The notes below the pieces were generated by a model. It made no database searches. It worked only from the letters and a program-made list of their open reading frames with translations, and was not told where the DNA came from. This document shows, one piece after another, positions 41,199 to 50,110 of a stretch of 64,000 nt of DNA; the first letter of the stretch is position 1; every line of letters begins with the position of its first letter. The position numbers were made by a program, and so were the translations under genes. The DNA is from an uncultured Clostridia bacterium (GTDB lineage Bacteria > Bacillota > Clostridia > Oscillospirales > CAG-272): the NCBI GenBank assembly GCA_944381075.1, contig CALWJT010000037.1, forward strand, positions 57,879-121,878. The letters run 5' to 3'.

Positions 41199-42131
41199 AT
41201 GAAAATTTATCAGTCCGTATCCGATCTTATTGGGCGCACACCGCTTCTCGAACTTGTCGGCTTAGAAAAAGCCTATCAGCTTCCGGCAAGGCTTTTCGGC
41301 AAGATGGAGTGCTTCAATCCGGCGGGGAGTGTCAAGGACCGCGTGGCGCTGGAAATGTTAGAGAGCGCCGAACATGCGGGAACGATTACGGGGGATTCTG
41401 TAATCATAGAGCCTACGAGCGGGAACACCGGAATCGGGCTTGCCGCGCTCGCCGCTTCCCGCGGGATGCGTGCCGTCATTGTGATGCCGGACAGCATGAG
41501 CCCGGAACGGATCGCGCTCATGCGGGCATATGGCGCCGAGGTGGTGTTGACGCCGGGGGCGCTCGGAATGCAGGGAGCCGTGGACCGCGCGCAGGCGCTC
41601 GCCGCGGAGCTCCCCGGAGGATGGATCGCCGGACAGTTTGTCAATCCGGCCAATCCCGCGGCGCATGAAAAGACGACGGGACCGGAAATCTATGAGGATA
41701 CAGAGGGGCGGGTCGATATTTTTGTCGCAGGCGTCGGCACCGGCGGGACCGTGACCGGTGTTGGCCGGTATTTAAAATCGCAAAAGCCGCAGGTGAAGGT
41801 CGTCGCCGTGGAGCCCGCATCCTCGCCGCTTCTGTCGAAGGGCCATGCCGGGCCGCACAAGCTCCAGGGGATCGGCGCGAACTTTGTTCCGGAAATCCTT
41901 GACAGGGAGATATACGATGAAATCCTTTGCGTGGAGGATGCGGACGCGATGCGGTGCGGGCGTGAAATCGCGCAGAAAGAGGGGATCCTTGTCGGAATTT
42001 CCTCCGGCGCCGCGGCTTTTGCCGCGATAGCGCTCGCCAAAAGGCCGGAAAACGCCGGCAAATGGATCGTCGCATTGCTGCCGGATTCCGGAGAACGGTA
42101 TCTTTCTACAGAAATGTTCCGAGACTCTTGA
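41199..42131 (+). CDS. cysK: cysteine synthase A (O-acetylserine sulfhydrylase)
   Basis: LIGRTPLLEL......LFGKMECFNPAGSVKDRVA (PLP Lys), EPTSGNTGIGLA, GVGTGGTVTGVG. ATG 41199 is preferred to the track's GTG 41193 on RBS spacing. Confidence 0.9.
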   Translation: MKIYQSVSDLIGRTPLLELVGLEKAYQLPARLFGKMECFNPAGSVKDRVALEMLESAEHAGTITGDSVIIEPTSGNTGIGLAALAASRGMRAVIVMPDSMSPERIALMRAYGAEVVLTPGALGMQGAVDRAQALAAELPGGWIAGQFVNPANPAAHEKTTGPEIYEDTEGRVDIFVAGVGTGGTVTGVGRYLKSQKPQVKVVAVEPASSPLLSKGHAGPHKLQGIGANFVPEILDREIYDEILCVEDADAMRCGREIAQKEGILVGISSGAAAFAAIALAKRPENAGKWIVALLPDSGERYLSTEMFRDS

Positions 42132-42215
42132 TTGTAAAATTTGTATAAAAATTCATAATACAACGTTGTATCCTGAGAAATATTGCATAAAATTTGAAAA
42201 AATTTTGAAAAAATC

Positions 42216-42244
42216 TTGACAGCGATGTGGACGGATGCTATAAT
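42216..42244 (+). promoter_or_regulatory. consensus sigma-A promoter of the metNIQ leader
   Basis: TTGACA (42216-21), 17 nt spacer, TATAAT (42239-44), preceded by an A/T-rich repeated TTTGAAAAAA (UP-like). Confidence 0.65.
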
Positions 42245-42288
42245 ACTGACAATCCCATGAGGAAATTTGTAAAAATTGGAGAACCAAG

Positions 42289-42402
42289 ATGGCAAGCGTA
42301 TTCATGATGATGGATATGATGATGTGCATGTCCCAGATGGACATGGACAGGATTTGTCATGCAGAAAACTCCAATTTGCTTTCCGGCAGAGAAACGGTAT
42401 AA
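42289..42402 (+). CDS. candidate Met-rich leader peptide (37 aa, 10 Met)
   Basis: GGAGA, 7 nt spacer, then ATG. Encodes MASVFMMMDMMMCMSQMDMDRICHAENSNLLSGRETV*, with all nine internal ATGs in one frame. Lies between the promoter and the terminator upstream of metN. Not in the track (under 60 aa). Confidence 0.45.
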   Translation: MASVFMMMDMMMCMSQMDMDRICHAENSNLLSGRETV

Positions 42403-42435
42403 CGGATTTCGGGAACCGAATCTTGAGATTTTTTG

Positions 42436-42473
42436 AGGCAGGAAACCATTTTGGTAGTCCTGCCTTACTTTTT
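42436..42473 (+). terminator. leader terminator/attenuator upstream of metN
   Basis: AGGCAGGA-14 nt-TCCTGCCT followed by TACTTTTTG. 30 nt before the metN start. Confidence 0.65.
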
Positions 42474-42503
42474 GTCATAGGAAAAGCGAAGGAGGTGCCT
42501 TGT

Positions 42504-43547
42504 TTGAGTGATGAAATCATTCGAGTAGAAGAGCTGAACAAAACCTTTACAGGCAAAAGCGGGACCATTGTGGCGCTGGACGGTGTAAATCTTTCCATCC
42601 GGCGCGGCGAGATCTTTGGTATCATCGGGCTTTCCGGTGCGGGAAAGAGCACGCTTGTCCGGTGCATCAATTTTCTGGAACGGCCGACCTCGGGCCGCGT
42701 CCTCTTTCAGGGTCGGGATCTTGCCGAGCTGAAGCCGCGCGAGCTTCTGCTTGCCAGGCAGTCGATGGGAATGATCTTTCAGGGCTTTAATCTGCTGTCT
42801 CAAAGAAATGCCCTGCAAAACATCTGCTTCCCGATGGAAATCGCCGGCGTACCCAGAGCGGATGCGAAAAAACGGGCGAATGAGCTTCTGGAGCTGGTCG
42901 GGCTTTCCGATCGGGCGGATGCCTATCCGTCGCAGATGTCGGGCGGACAGAAGCAGCGGATTGCGATTGCCCGGGCGCTGTCTACCAGTCCGAGCGTTCT
43001 CCTTTGCGACGAGGCGACGAGCGCTCTGGACCCGAATACGACAAGGCAGATCCTGGAGCTTTTAAAGCATATCAACAAAGCGCTTGGCATCACGGTGGTG
43101 ATGATAACGCATGAAATGAAGGTCATCGAGACCATATGCAACCGTGTGGCGGTAATCGATGAAAGCCATATCGTCGAGATGGGAGAGGTAAAGGACATTT
43201 TCATTCGTCCTCAGTCGAAAATCGCAAAGCAGCTGATTTTTCCGCAGGGGGATGATGCGCCGAATATCTCCAAGGCAGGGAAGCGCTCCCTTCGGCTTGT
43301 GTTTGACGGGACATCCGCTTTTGAGCCGATTATTTCTCAGATGACGCTGGACTGTCGGGCCGCGGTTAATATCCTTGCCGCCAATACGAAAAACGTGGAT
43401 GGAAAAACCTATGGACAGATGGTCATCCAGCTTCCGGAGGATGAGGTTTCCGCCGCAAGGATTGAGGCTTATCTGAAAGACCGGAGCATATTCTTTAAAG
43501 AGGAGGTGCCGGAGAATGCTGAATGCGATACTGGTCGGTATTCTTGA
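42504..43547 (+). CDS. metN: methionine ABC transporter ATP-binding protein (with C-terminal NIL domain)
   Basis: TTG start 8 nt after AAGGAGG. IRVEELNKTF, GLSGAGKSTL, MSGGQKQRIAIARAL, LLCDEATSALDP. C-terminal NIL-like LRLVFDG....PIISQM. The track ORF (42276) includes the leader. Confidence 0.9.
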   Translation: MSDEIIRVEELNKTFTGKSGTIVALDGVNLSIRRGEIFGIIGLSGAGKSTLVRCINFLERPTSGRVLFQGRDLAELKPRELLLARQSMGMIFQGFNLLSQRNALQNICFPMEIAGVPRADAKKRANELLELVGLSDRADAYPSQMSGGQKQRIAIARALSTSPSVLLCDEATSALDPNTTRQILELLKHINKALGITVVMITHEMKVIETICNRVAVIDESHIVEMGEVKDIFIRPQSKIAKQLIFPQGDDAPNISKAGKRSLRLVFDGTSAFEPIISQMTLDCRAAVNILAANTKNVDGKTYGQMVIQLPEDEVSAARIEAYLKDRSIFFKEEVPENAECDTGRYS

Positions 43548-44163
43548 AACCGTTTATATGACAGTGGTGTCTACTATTTTTGCATATGTGATTGGCTTGC
43601 CGCTCGGCGTCATTCTCTATGTAACGGATAAGGGAGGCACGCATCCGATTTTGTGGCTGAACCGGGTAATCGGCTTCATCGTCAATTTTCTCAGAAGCGT
43701 ACCTTTTATCATTCTTCTGGTCTGGGTCATGCCGATCACCCGAGCGATCGTCGGAACCACGATCGGTTCCACGGCGGTTATTGTCCCGCTCGTGATTGCG
43801 GCGGCGCCTTTTATCGCGCGCATGGTGGAATCCTCGCTCAAGGAGGTGGACCTTGGGATCATTGAAGCAGCGCAGTCTATGGGGGCCTCCTCTTTCCAGC
43901 TGATTTACAAGGTTCTGATTCCGGAGGCGAAGCCCTCGCTGCTCGTGGGCAGCGCGATCGCCATTACGACGATCCTCGGATATTCCGCTTTGGCGGGGAC
44001 CGTAGGCGGCGGCGGTCTCGGTGCGCTTGCGTATAACTATGGTTATATCCGCAGAGATGAAGATGTGCTTCTGGTGACAGTCATCCTGCTTGTCATCGTG
44101 GTGCAGATTTTTCAGGAGGTCGGCATGCTTATTGCAAAGAAGGCCGATAAACGAGTCAAATAA
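43516..44163 (+). CDS. metI: methionine ABC transporter permease
   Basis: 215 aa, 5 TM, ...RSVPFIILLVWVMPITR.IVGT.IG..A.IVPL... is typical of MetI. Confidence 0.9.
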   Translation: MLNAILVGILETVYMTVVSTIFAYVIGLPLGVILYVTDKGGTHPILWLNRVIGFIVNFLRSVPFIILLVWVMPITRAIVGTTIGSTAVIVPLVIAAAPFIARMVESSLKEVDLGIIEAAQSMGASSFQLIYKVLIPEAKPSLLVGSAIAITTILGYSALAGTVGGGGLGALAYNYGYIRRDEDVLLVTVILLVIVVQIFQEVGMLIAKKADKRVK

Positions 44164-44191
44164 AATTTTTATATAAAAAGGAGATCCATTT

Positions 44192-44995
44192 ATGAAAAAA
44201 ATCCTCTCAACCCTGCTTGCTTTGGCGCTTGTATTTTCCGCTCTGGCATTTGCCTCCTGCGGAAAAACTGACGACAAAACCATCCGCGTCGGCGCATCGC
44301 CTTCGCCTCATGCTGAGATCCTTGCGGTCGCTAAGGATATCCTTGCCGAACAGGGCTATACGCTGGAGATCGTAGAGTTCAACGACTATATCATTCCGAA
44401 CAATTCGGTCGAAAGCGGAGAGCTGGATGCGAATTATTTTCAGCATCAGCCGTATCTGGACAGCTTTAACAGCGAGAACGGAACGCATCTGGTCTCCGTG
44501 CTGGACGTCCATTATGAGCCGCTTGGCATCTATGCCGGAAAAACTTCGTCCCTTGCGGAGCTGCCGGACGGCGCGACCATTGCGATCCCGAATGATACGA
44601 GCAACGAAGCGAGAGCGCTCCTGCTTCTGGAGGCAAACGGCCTTATCACGCTGAAGGAGGGCGCGGGACTGAACGCTACGGTGCTGGATATCGAGAGCAA
44701 TCCGCACGGCTATGAGATCAAGGAGCTTGTCGCTGAACAGATCCCCGTATCGCTTCCCGACGTCGATATCGCTGTCATCAACGGGAACTACGCGCTGACC
44801 AACGAGCTTGGTGAGGCACTTGTCTATGAAAGTGCGGAATCCGATGCCGCTGAAACGTATATCAACGTTCTGGTGGTGAAAGAGGGCAATGAGAACCTTG
44901 ACAAGATCCAAGCACTTGTGGAGGCACTCAGCAGCGATGAAGTAAGAGATTATATTGTCGATACCTATGGGGAGGCGGTCGTTCCGGTGTTTTGA
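44192..44995 (+). CDS. metQ: methionine-binding lipoprotein (NlpA/MetQ family)
   Basis: Lipobox LAFASCGK. IRVGASPSPHAEIL, FNDY..PN.....ELDANYFQH.PYL. Confidence 0.9.
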   Translation: MKKILSTLLALALVFSALAFASCGKTDDKTIRVGASPSPHAEILAVAKDILAEQGYTLEIVEFNDYIIPNNSVESGELDANYFQHQPYLDSFNSENGTHLVSVLDVHYEPLGIYAGKTSSLAELPDGATIAIPNDTSNEARALLLLEANGLITLKEGAGLNATVLDIESNPHGYEIKELVAEQIPVSLPDVDIAVINGNYALTNELGEALVYESAESDAAETYINVLVVKEGNENLDKIQALVEALSSDEVRDYIVDTYGEAVVPVF

Positions 44996-45010
44996 TCGCT
45001 CAGCTTTTCC

Positions 45011-45050
45011 TATAAAAATGTCCTGTGCCGAAGTACAGGACATTTTTATA
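45011..45050 (+). terminator. intrinsic terminator of metNIQ
   Basis: TATAAAAATGTCCTGT-GCCGAAGT-ACAGGACATTTTTATA, a 16-bp palindrome. Confidence 0.8.
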
Positions 45051-45283
45051 GGCTACCGTGCCTGTTTTTTGATCCGAAACATTTTCCTGAGAAGCGGCGA
45101 GAGGAATTTCGGCGATTTGAATACTACGATTTTCACTATGCTCATTCCTTTCGGATTATACTTTTCTGTTTTTATTATATGATAAGAGAAAAACTTGGTG
45201 AAAAAAGAAAAAAGATTTTTCAAAACCTATTGCTTTTTCTTATATTTTGTGATAGACTTTAAAAGAAAAGGATGAAACAGTAG

Positions 45284-45322
45284 AGTTGAGAGTGGGTTCT
45301 TGCCCACTCTCAACTGTTTGTA
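45284..45322 (+). promoter_or_regulatory. leader hairpin upstream of rimP-nusA-infB (possible weak/NusA-dependent attenuator)
   Basis: AGTTGAGAGTGGG-TTCTTG-CCCACTCTCAACT is a perfect 13-bp stem, followed by the interrupted U-tract GTTTGT. 30 nt before rimP. Confidence 0.45.
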
Positions 45323-45351
45323 AAGCGACAAAACTATGATGGGAGGGTCCT

Positions 45352-45855
45352 ATGGCAAAGGGAATGGGAATCGCAGAACGGGTCGAGACGTTGATTGCTC
45401 CGTGTGTTGCGGCACTCGGCTATCGGATTTGGGACGTAGAATATGTAAAAGAGGGCGCAGAGTGGTATCTTCGCATTACCATCGATTCCGACGAAGGCAT
45501 CGGGATCGACGATTGTGAAAAGGTTTCCAAGGCGATCACGCCGGTTATCGACGAAGCGGACCCGATCGAGGATTTCTACTATTTGGAGGTTTCCTCCCCA
45601 GGGATCGAACGGGTATTGAGAAAGCCTGCGCATTTTGCCGCCTCCATCGGTTCTGAGGTTGAGCTGCGCCTATATGCGCCGGACGAACGAAAGCGGAAGG
45701 CATATACGGGGACGCTTCTTTCCTACGACGGCAAGGCGGCCGCCGTTTGCTGCGGGGGAGAGGAGATCGCCATTCCGTGCGAGAAGATCTCCAAAGCGCA
45801 GACGGTTTATGATTTCAGTAAAAATATCAACAAGGAAGGAAAATCGGAAACATGA
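45352..45855 (+). CDS. rimP: ribosome maturation factor RimP
   Basis: ...LG..IWDVEYVKEG.EWYLRI.ID...GI.IDDCE.VS......LD..DPI...Y.LEVSSPGIER.L. Confidence 0.9.
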   Translation: MAKGMGIAERVETLIAPCVAALGYRIWDVEYVKEGAEWYLRITIDSDEGIGIDDCEKVSKAITPVIDEADPIEDFYYLEVSSPGIERVLRKPAHFAASIGSEVELRLYAPDERKRKAYTGTLLSYDGKAAAVCCGGEEIAIPCEKISKAQTVYDFSKNINKEGKSET

Positions 45856-46877
45856 ATACCGAATTTTTTAATGCACTTGACGCGCTGGAAAAAGAGCGCG
45901 GCATTCCGAAGGAATATATGCTCGAGCGTGTCGAAGCGGCGCTCATCAGCGCCTACAAGAAAGACAGCGGCGGCAACAGCAACGTCAGGGTCGTGCTGGA
46001 TCCGGTGAAAAAGGACGTGAAGGTCTATCGGGTCAGAAATATCGTGGAGACCGTCGAGGATCCGGAAACGGAAATCTCGCTCGACGATGCCAAAAAGCTC
46101 AGCCGGCGTTATACGCTTGGCGGGGTTGTCGAAACGGAAGTGAAAACAAAAAATTTCGGCAGGATCAGCGCGCAGACGGCAAAGCAGGTCATCATTCAGG
46201 GGATCCGCGAGGCGGAGCGCTCCATGATGATCCGCGAGTACGAAAGCAAAAAAGAAGAAGTGATTACGGCGACGGTGGTGAAGATCGATCCGCAGAACGG
46301 AAATGTGATCGTCGATACCGGAACCAGCGAGGCCGTGCTTCTGAAAGGGGAGCAGATCCCGGGAGAGGAATTCGAGGTCGGCGAACACGTCAAAGTATTC
46401 GTTATGGAAGTCAAGAACGAATTGAAGGGCCCTATTGTCACGCTTTCCCGCACGCATTTCGGGCTTGTCAAGAGACTCTTTGAGCTTGAGGTCCCGGAGA
46501 TTCAGGACGGTACCGTTATCATCAAGGGGATTGCAAGAGAGGCCGGCTCCCGAACAAAAATCGCGGTGGAAAGCCGGGACGAAAACGTAGATCCGGTCGG
46601 CGCCTGCATCGGGAACCGCGGCAGTCGGATCTCAAGCATTTTGGGAGAGCTTCGCGGAGAAAAAATCGACGTTGTCAAATACAGCGACGTACCGGAGGAA
46701 TATATATCCGCTGCGCTTTCTCCGGCGGCCGTAAAAAGCGTTTCTCTGGACGGCGAGCGAAGCTGCCGTGTTTTGGTAGCCCCCGATCAGCTTTCTCTTG
46801 CCATTGGCAAGGAGGGCCAGAATGCGAGGCTTGCGGCAAAGCTCACGGGCTATAAAATCGACATCAAGACCGAATGA
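45852..46877 (+). CDS. nusA: transcription termination/antitermination factor NusA
   Basis: FFNALDALEKERGIPKEYMLE...; S1 and KH domains (...GACIGNRGSRI..I..EL.GEKIDVV.YS...). ATGA overlap with rimP. Confidence 0.95.
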   Translation: MNTEFFNALDALEKERGIPKEYMLERVEAALISAYKKDSGGNSNVRVVLDPVKKDVKVYRVRNIVETVEDPETEISLDDAKKLSRRYTLGGVVETEVKTKNFGRISAQTAKQVIIQGIREAERSMMIREYESKKEEVITATVVKIDPQNGNVIVDTGTSEAVLLKGEQIPGEEFEVGEHVKVFVMEVKNELKGPIVTLSRTHFGLVKRLFELEVPEIQDGTVIIKGIAREAGSRTKIAVESRDENVDPVGACIGNRGSRISSILGELRGEKIDVVKYSDVPEEYISAALSPAAVKSVSLDGERSCRVLVAPDQLSLAIGKEGQNARLAAKLTGYKIDIKTE

Positions 46878-47176
46878 GGCGAAGGGAGGAGTGCTCCTTG
46901 CAAAATACAGTCCGAAAAAAAATTCCAGAGCGCAAATGTATTGGGTGCGGTGAAAAGAAGGCGAAGAATGAACTGATCCGCATCGTCAGGCTGCCGGACG
47001 ACGGAGGAATCGAAATCGACCGTACCGGAAAAAAATCCGGGCGCGGCGCCTATATCTGCCGTTCCAAAGCTTGTCTGAAAAAGGCGAGACGGAGGCTGGA
47101 GGCAAGTCTTTTATGTGCGATCCCCGATGATATATTTGATAAGCTTGCGCTTGAAATCGAAAGGGAACAGACGTGA
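46874..47176 (+). CDS. rnpM: YlxR/RnpM (DUF448) RNA-binding protein
   Basis: PERKCIGCGEKKAKNELIRIV...........D.TGK.SGRGAYIC.S..CL.KA is the DUF448 signature. Confidence 0.85.
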   Translation: MRRREECSLQNTVRKKIPERKCIGCGEKKAKNELIRIVRLPDDGGIEIDRTGKKSGRGAYICRSKACLKKARRRLEASLLCAIPDDIFDKLALEIEREQT

Positions 47177-47493
47177 ACCATAACAATACGGAAAAAACAA
47201 GAGGGCTTCTTTTTAGGCTGGGACTTGCAAAAAAAGCGGGGAAGCTTATCTCCGGCACCGATATGGTATGCGGCGGCATTCGAGAGGGAAAAGTCCTTGT
47301 GGTGGTAACTTCTTTGGATTTATCCGAGAATACTGCAAAGAGGATCGGGGACCGCTGCCGGTATTATGGCATCCCCCTGATCGTGTGCGAGGCCTCCAAG
47401 GATGTGCTCGGCGCGGCTGTCGGGAAACCGTTTGCTGCGTGCGTTGGGATCACCGATAAAAATCTGTCTCGGCTCATTTTGCGCAATCAATAA
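47173..47493 (+). CDS. ylxQ: L7Ae-family RNA-binding protein YlxQ
   Basis: [13 protein letters not shown].......I..GK..LV....D.SENT.K.I...C.YY.IP. Canonical nusA-ylxR-ylxQ-infB order. Confidence 0.85.
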   Translation: MNHNNTEKTRGLLFRLGLAKKAGKLISGTDMVCGGIREGKVLVVVTSLDLSENTAKRIGDRCRYYGIPLIVCEASKDVLGAAVGKPFAACVGITDKNLSRLILRNQ

Positions 47494-47518
47494 CGTATCC
47501 AGTGAAAGGAATGAGAAC

Positions 47519-50098
47519 ATGGCGATCAATCAAAATCAAATGAAAATCAGCGTTCTTGCCAAGGATTTTAATATAAAAAGCAAGGATATCGTCGATATCC
47601 TTGCCGCTGCTGGCATCGATAGGAAAACCTCTGGAACGATAGGTCCGGAGGAATATTCACTCTTTTTTGACAGGCTGACCACAGCCAATCAAATAACCAA
47701 CATGTCGGATTACCTTGCAGGAAAAGCGGATATCGAGCGTCCCAGGATACCGGAAGCGCCGAAATCTCAGGAAAAACCGCTTGCCGCAGCGGATGCGGTC
47801 AGAACGCAGGAGCAGCCTTCTGAAAAAACAGCTTCGGCAGCAAAAGCGGACGAAAGCAAAAAAACAGAGGTTTCCGAACCGTCTTCGGCGGAAGGACAAA
47901 AAAAGAAAGAAGAAAGGGCGTCCTCTGACTTTGAGAAGAACCCGCAGAGGCAGCAGCCTCATGAGACGAAGCCTCAGGCGGCCCAGCGTCCGGCACAGCC
48001 GCAGCCTCATTCCGCAGGACAGCCGGCGCGTCCCGCGGCGCCTCAGGCCCAGAATCCGGGCAGACCGGTACCGCAGCCGCAGCCTCAGAAGCCGAAAGAG
48101 AAGAAAGAGCAGAAGCCTATGGCGCCCAAGACGACACGTATCGTCGATACCCGGACGACAACGGTTGACCTTTCCAAATACGATGAGCGCCTTGAAAGCT
48201 TCGTGCCGGACAGCGGGCGCCGCGGCGGTTCGGTTCCCGACAGGCAAAAGCTGAAAAAGCAGCAAAACTATAATCCGTATGCCAAGGGAAACAAGGACAA
48301 AAACAGTAAAAATATGAACGGAAAGTTCAAAAAAGCCGAAATTAAAAAGGTGCAGCTTTCCGTTTCCATTCCAGATGAGATCGTGGTCTCGGAGCTTGCG
48401 GCAAAACTCAAGGTGACCGCGAGCGAGGTCGTCAAGCGGCTCATGATGATGGGCGTGATGGCGACCGTCAATCAGGTCATCGATTACGATACCGCTTATC
48501 TTGTCGCAGATGAGCTCGGCGCCAAGGTGACGAAGGAAGTCGTTGTCACGATTGAAGATAAGCTCTTCGATGAGGCGGAGGACGCTCCGGAATCTCTTGT
48601 AACGCGCCCCCCTGTCGTCTGCGTGATGGGACACGTCGACCACGGCAAGACGTCGCTGCTCGACGCCATCCGCAACACCCATGTCACGGCGGGCGAAGCC
48701 GGCGGAATCACGCAGCATATCGGTGCTTATCGAGTCAGCGTGAACGGGCAGGACATCACCTTCCTCGATACGCCGGGACATGAAGCCTTTACTGCCATGC
48801 GTGCACGCGGCGCCAAATCGACGGATATTGCCATCCTTGTTGTCGCCGCAGACGACGGCATCATGCCGCAGACGGTAGAGGCCATCAACCATGCAAAAGC
48901 GGCGGGGATTCCGATCGTCGTTGCCATCAACAAGATCGACAAGCCGGGCGCAAATCCGGAAAACGTCAAGCAGGAGCTGACAAAATACGATCTTGTCCCG
49001 GAGGAATGGGGGGGAGATACCATCTGCGTCCCGGTATCTGCGCTGACGAAAAAGGGCTTGCCGGAGCTGCTTGAAATGGTACTGCTTGTGGCGGAGGTCA
49101 AGGAATTCAAGGCCAATCCGAGCCGCCGCGCAAAGGGACTCGTGATCGAAGCGAAGCTCGACCGCGGACGCGGACCGGTGGCAACGATCCTTGTTCAGAA
49201 CGGCACGCTTCATGCCGGCGATACCGTCATTGTCGGAACAGCGGTCGGCCGTGTCCGCGCGATGACGGACGATACGGGAAAGCAGATCAAATCGGCCGGT
49301 CCGTCTATACCGGTAGAAATTATCGGACTCGATTCCGTTCCTTCGGCGGGCGATGAGCTTGCTGCCGTCGAGGATGAGCGCATGGCAAAGGCGCTTGCTG
49401 AACAGCGCCGTCAAAAGGAGAAGGAAGAGGTATTCAAGGCAAACGCCAAGGTAAATCTCAACGATCTCTTTGCACAGATGAGCGAGGGAGTCAAGGACCT
49501 CAATATCATTGTCAAGGCCGATGTAAAGGGATCTGCGGAGGCTGTCAAGTCCTCTCTTGAAAAGCTCAGCAACGAAGAAGTCAAGGTCAATGTCATTCAT
49601 ACCGGCGTCGGCGGGGTTACAGAGGGAGACGTCATGCTTGCCGCTGCGTCAAATGCAATCATTGTCGGCTTTAATGTGCGTCCGGATAAAGCGGCGCTGG
49701 ATTCCGCTGCGGCACAGGGTGTGGATATCCGCACCTATCGGATCATTTATGAATGTATTGAAGAAATCACTTCCGCCATCAAGGGCATGCTGAAGCCGAT
49801 ATACCGCGAGGTGATCCTCGGCCACGCAGAGGTCAGACAAACCATTCACGTGCCGAATGTCGGAATGATTGCCGGCTCCTATGTGACCGACGGAAAGGTG
49901 ACGCGCAATTCTCAGATCCGCGTAATTCGCGACGGCGTCATCATCTTTGAGGACAAAATCGCATCGCTTCGCCGCTTCAAGGACGACGTGAAAGAGGTGG
50001 CGTCCGGATATGAATGCGGCATAGGACTGGATAAATTTGGAGATATCAAAGAAAAAGACGTTCTCGAAGCCTATACGATGGAGCAGATCGAACGATAA
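47519..50098 (+). CDS. infB: translation initiation factor IF-2
   Basis: Start [16 protein letters not shown]. Pro/Gln/Lys-rich N-terminal region. G-domain [26 protein letters not shown]. The track ORF start at 47402 overlaps ylxQ. Confidence 0.95.
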   Translation: MAINQNQMKISVLAKDFNIKSKDIVDILAAAGIDRKTSGTIGPEEYSLFFDRLTTANQITNMSDYLAGKADIERPRIPEAPKSQEKPLAAADAVRTQEQPSEKTASAAKADESKKTEVSEPSSAEGQKKKEERASSDFEKNPQRQQPHETKPQAAQRPAQPQPHSAGQPARPAAPQAQNPGRPVPQPQPQKPKEKKEQKPMAPKTTRIVDTRTTTVDLSKYDERLESFVPDSGRRGGSVPDRQKLKKQQNYNPYAKGNKDKNSKNMNGKFKKAEIKKVQLSVSIPDEIVVSELAAKLKVTASEVVKRLMMMGVMATVNQVIDYDTAYLVADELGAKVTKEVVVTIEDKLFDEAEDAPESLVTRPPVVCVMGHVDHGKTSLLDAIRNTHVTAGEAGGITQHIGAYRVSVNGQDITFLDTPGHEAFTAMRARGAKSTDIAILVVAADDGIMPQTVEAINHAKAAGIPIVVAINKIDKPGANPENVKQELTKYDLVPEEWGGDTICVPVSALTKKGLPELLEMVLLVAEVKEFKANPSRRAKGLVIEAKLDRGRGPVATILVQNGTLHAGDTVIVGTAVGRVRAMTDDTGKQIKSAGPSIPVEIIGLDSVPSAGDELAAVEDERMAKALAEQRRQKEKEEVFKANAKVNLNDLFAQMSEGVKDLNIIVKADVKGSAEAVKSSLEKLSNEEVKVNVIHTGVGGVTEGDVMLAAASNAIIVGFNVRPDKAALDSAAAQGVDIRTYRIIYECIEEITSAIKGMLKPIYREVILGHAEVRQTIHVPNVGMIAGSYVTDGKVTRNSQIRVIRDGVIIFEDKIASLRRFKDDVKEVASGYECGIGLDKFGDIKEKDVLEAYTMEQIER

Positions 50099-50110
50099 AG
50101 GAGAATTTTC

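Noticed and set aside
42245-42503. Expected S-box (SAM-I) or Met T-box riboswitch upstream of metN
   Set aside because: I could not find the SAM-I core (GAGGGA...GCAACC-type elements) or the GGTGGTACCGCG T-box motif. The leader instead contains the Met-rich mini-ORF. Other SAM riboswitch classes cannot be fully excluded without a CM scan.
47640-48330. Pro/Gln/Lys/Glu-rich low-complexity stretch with short repeats in infB
   Set aside because: This is the normal variable N-terminal region of IF-2, not a repeat element or an insertion.
47657-49600. 647-aa minus-strand ORF
   Set aside because: It is antisense to infB. Stop-free antisense frames are common in high-GC genes, and it has no motifs.
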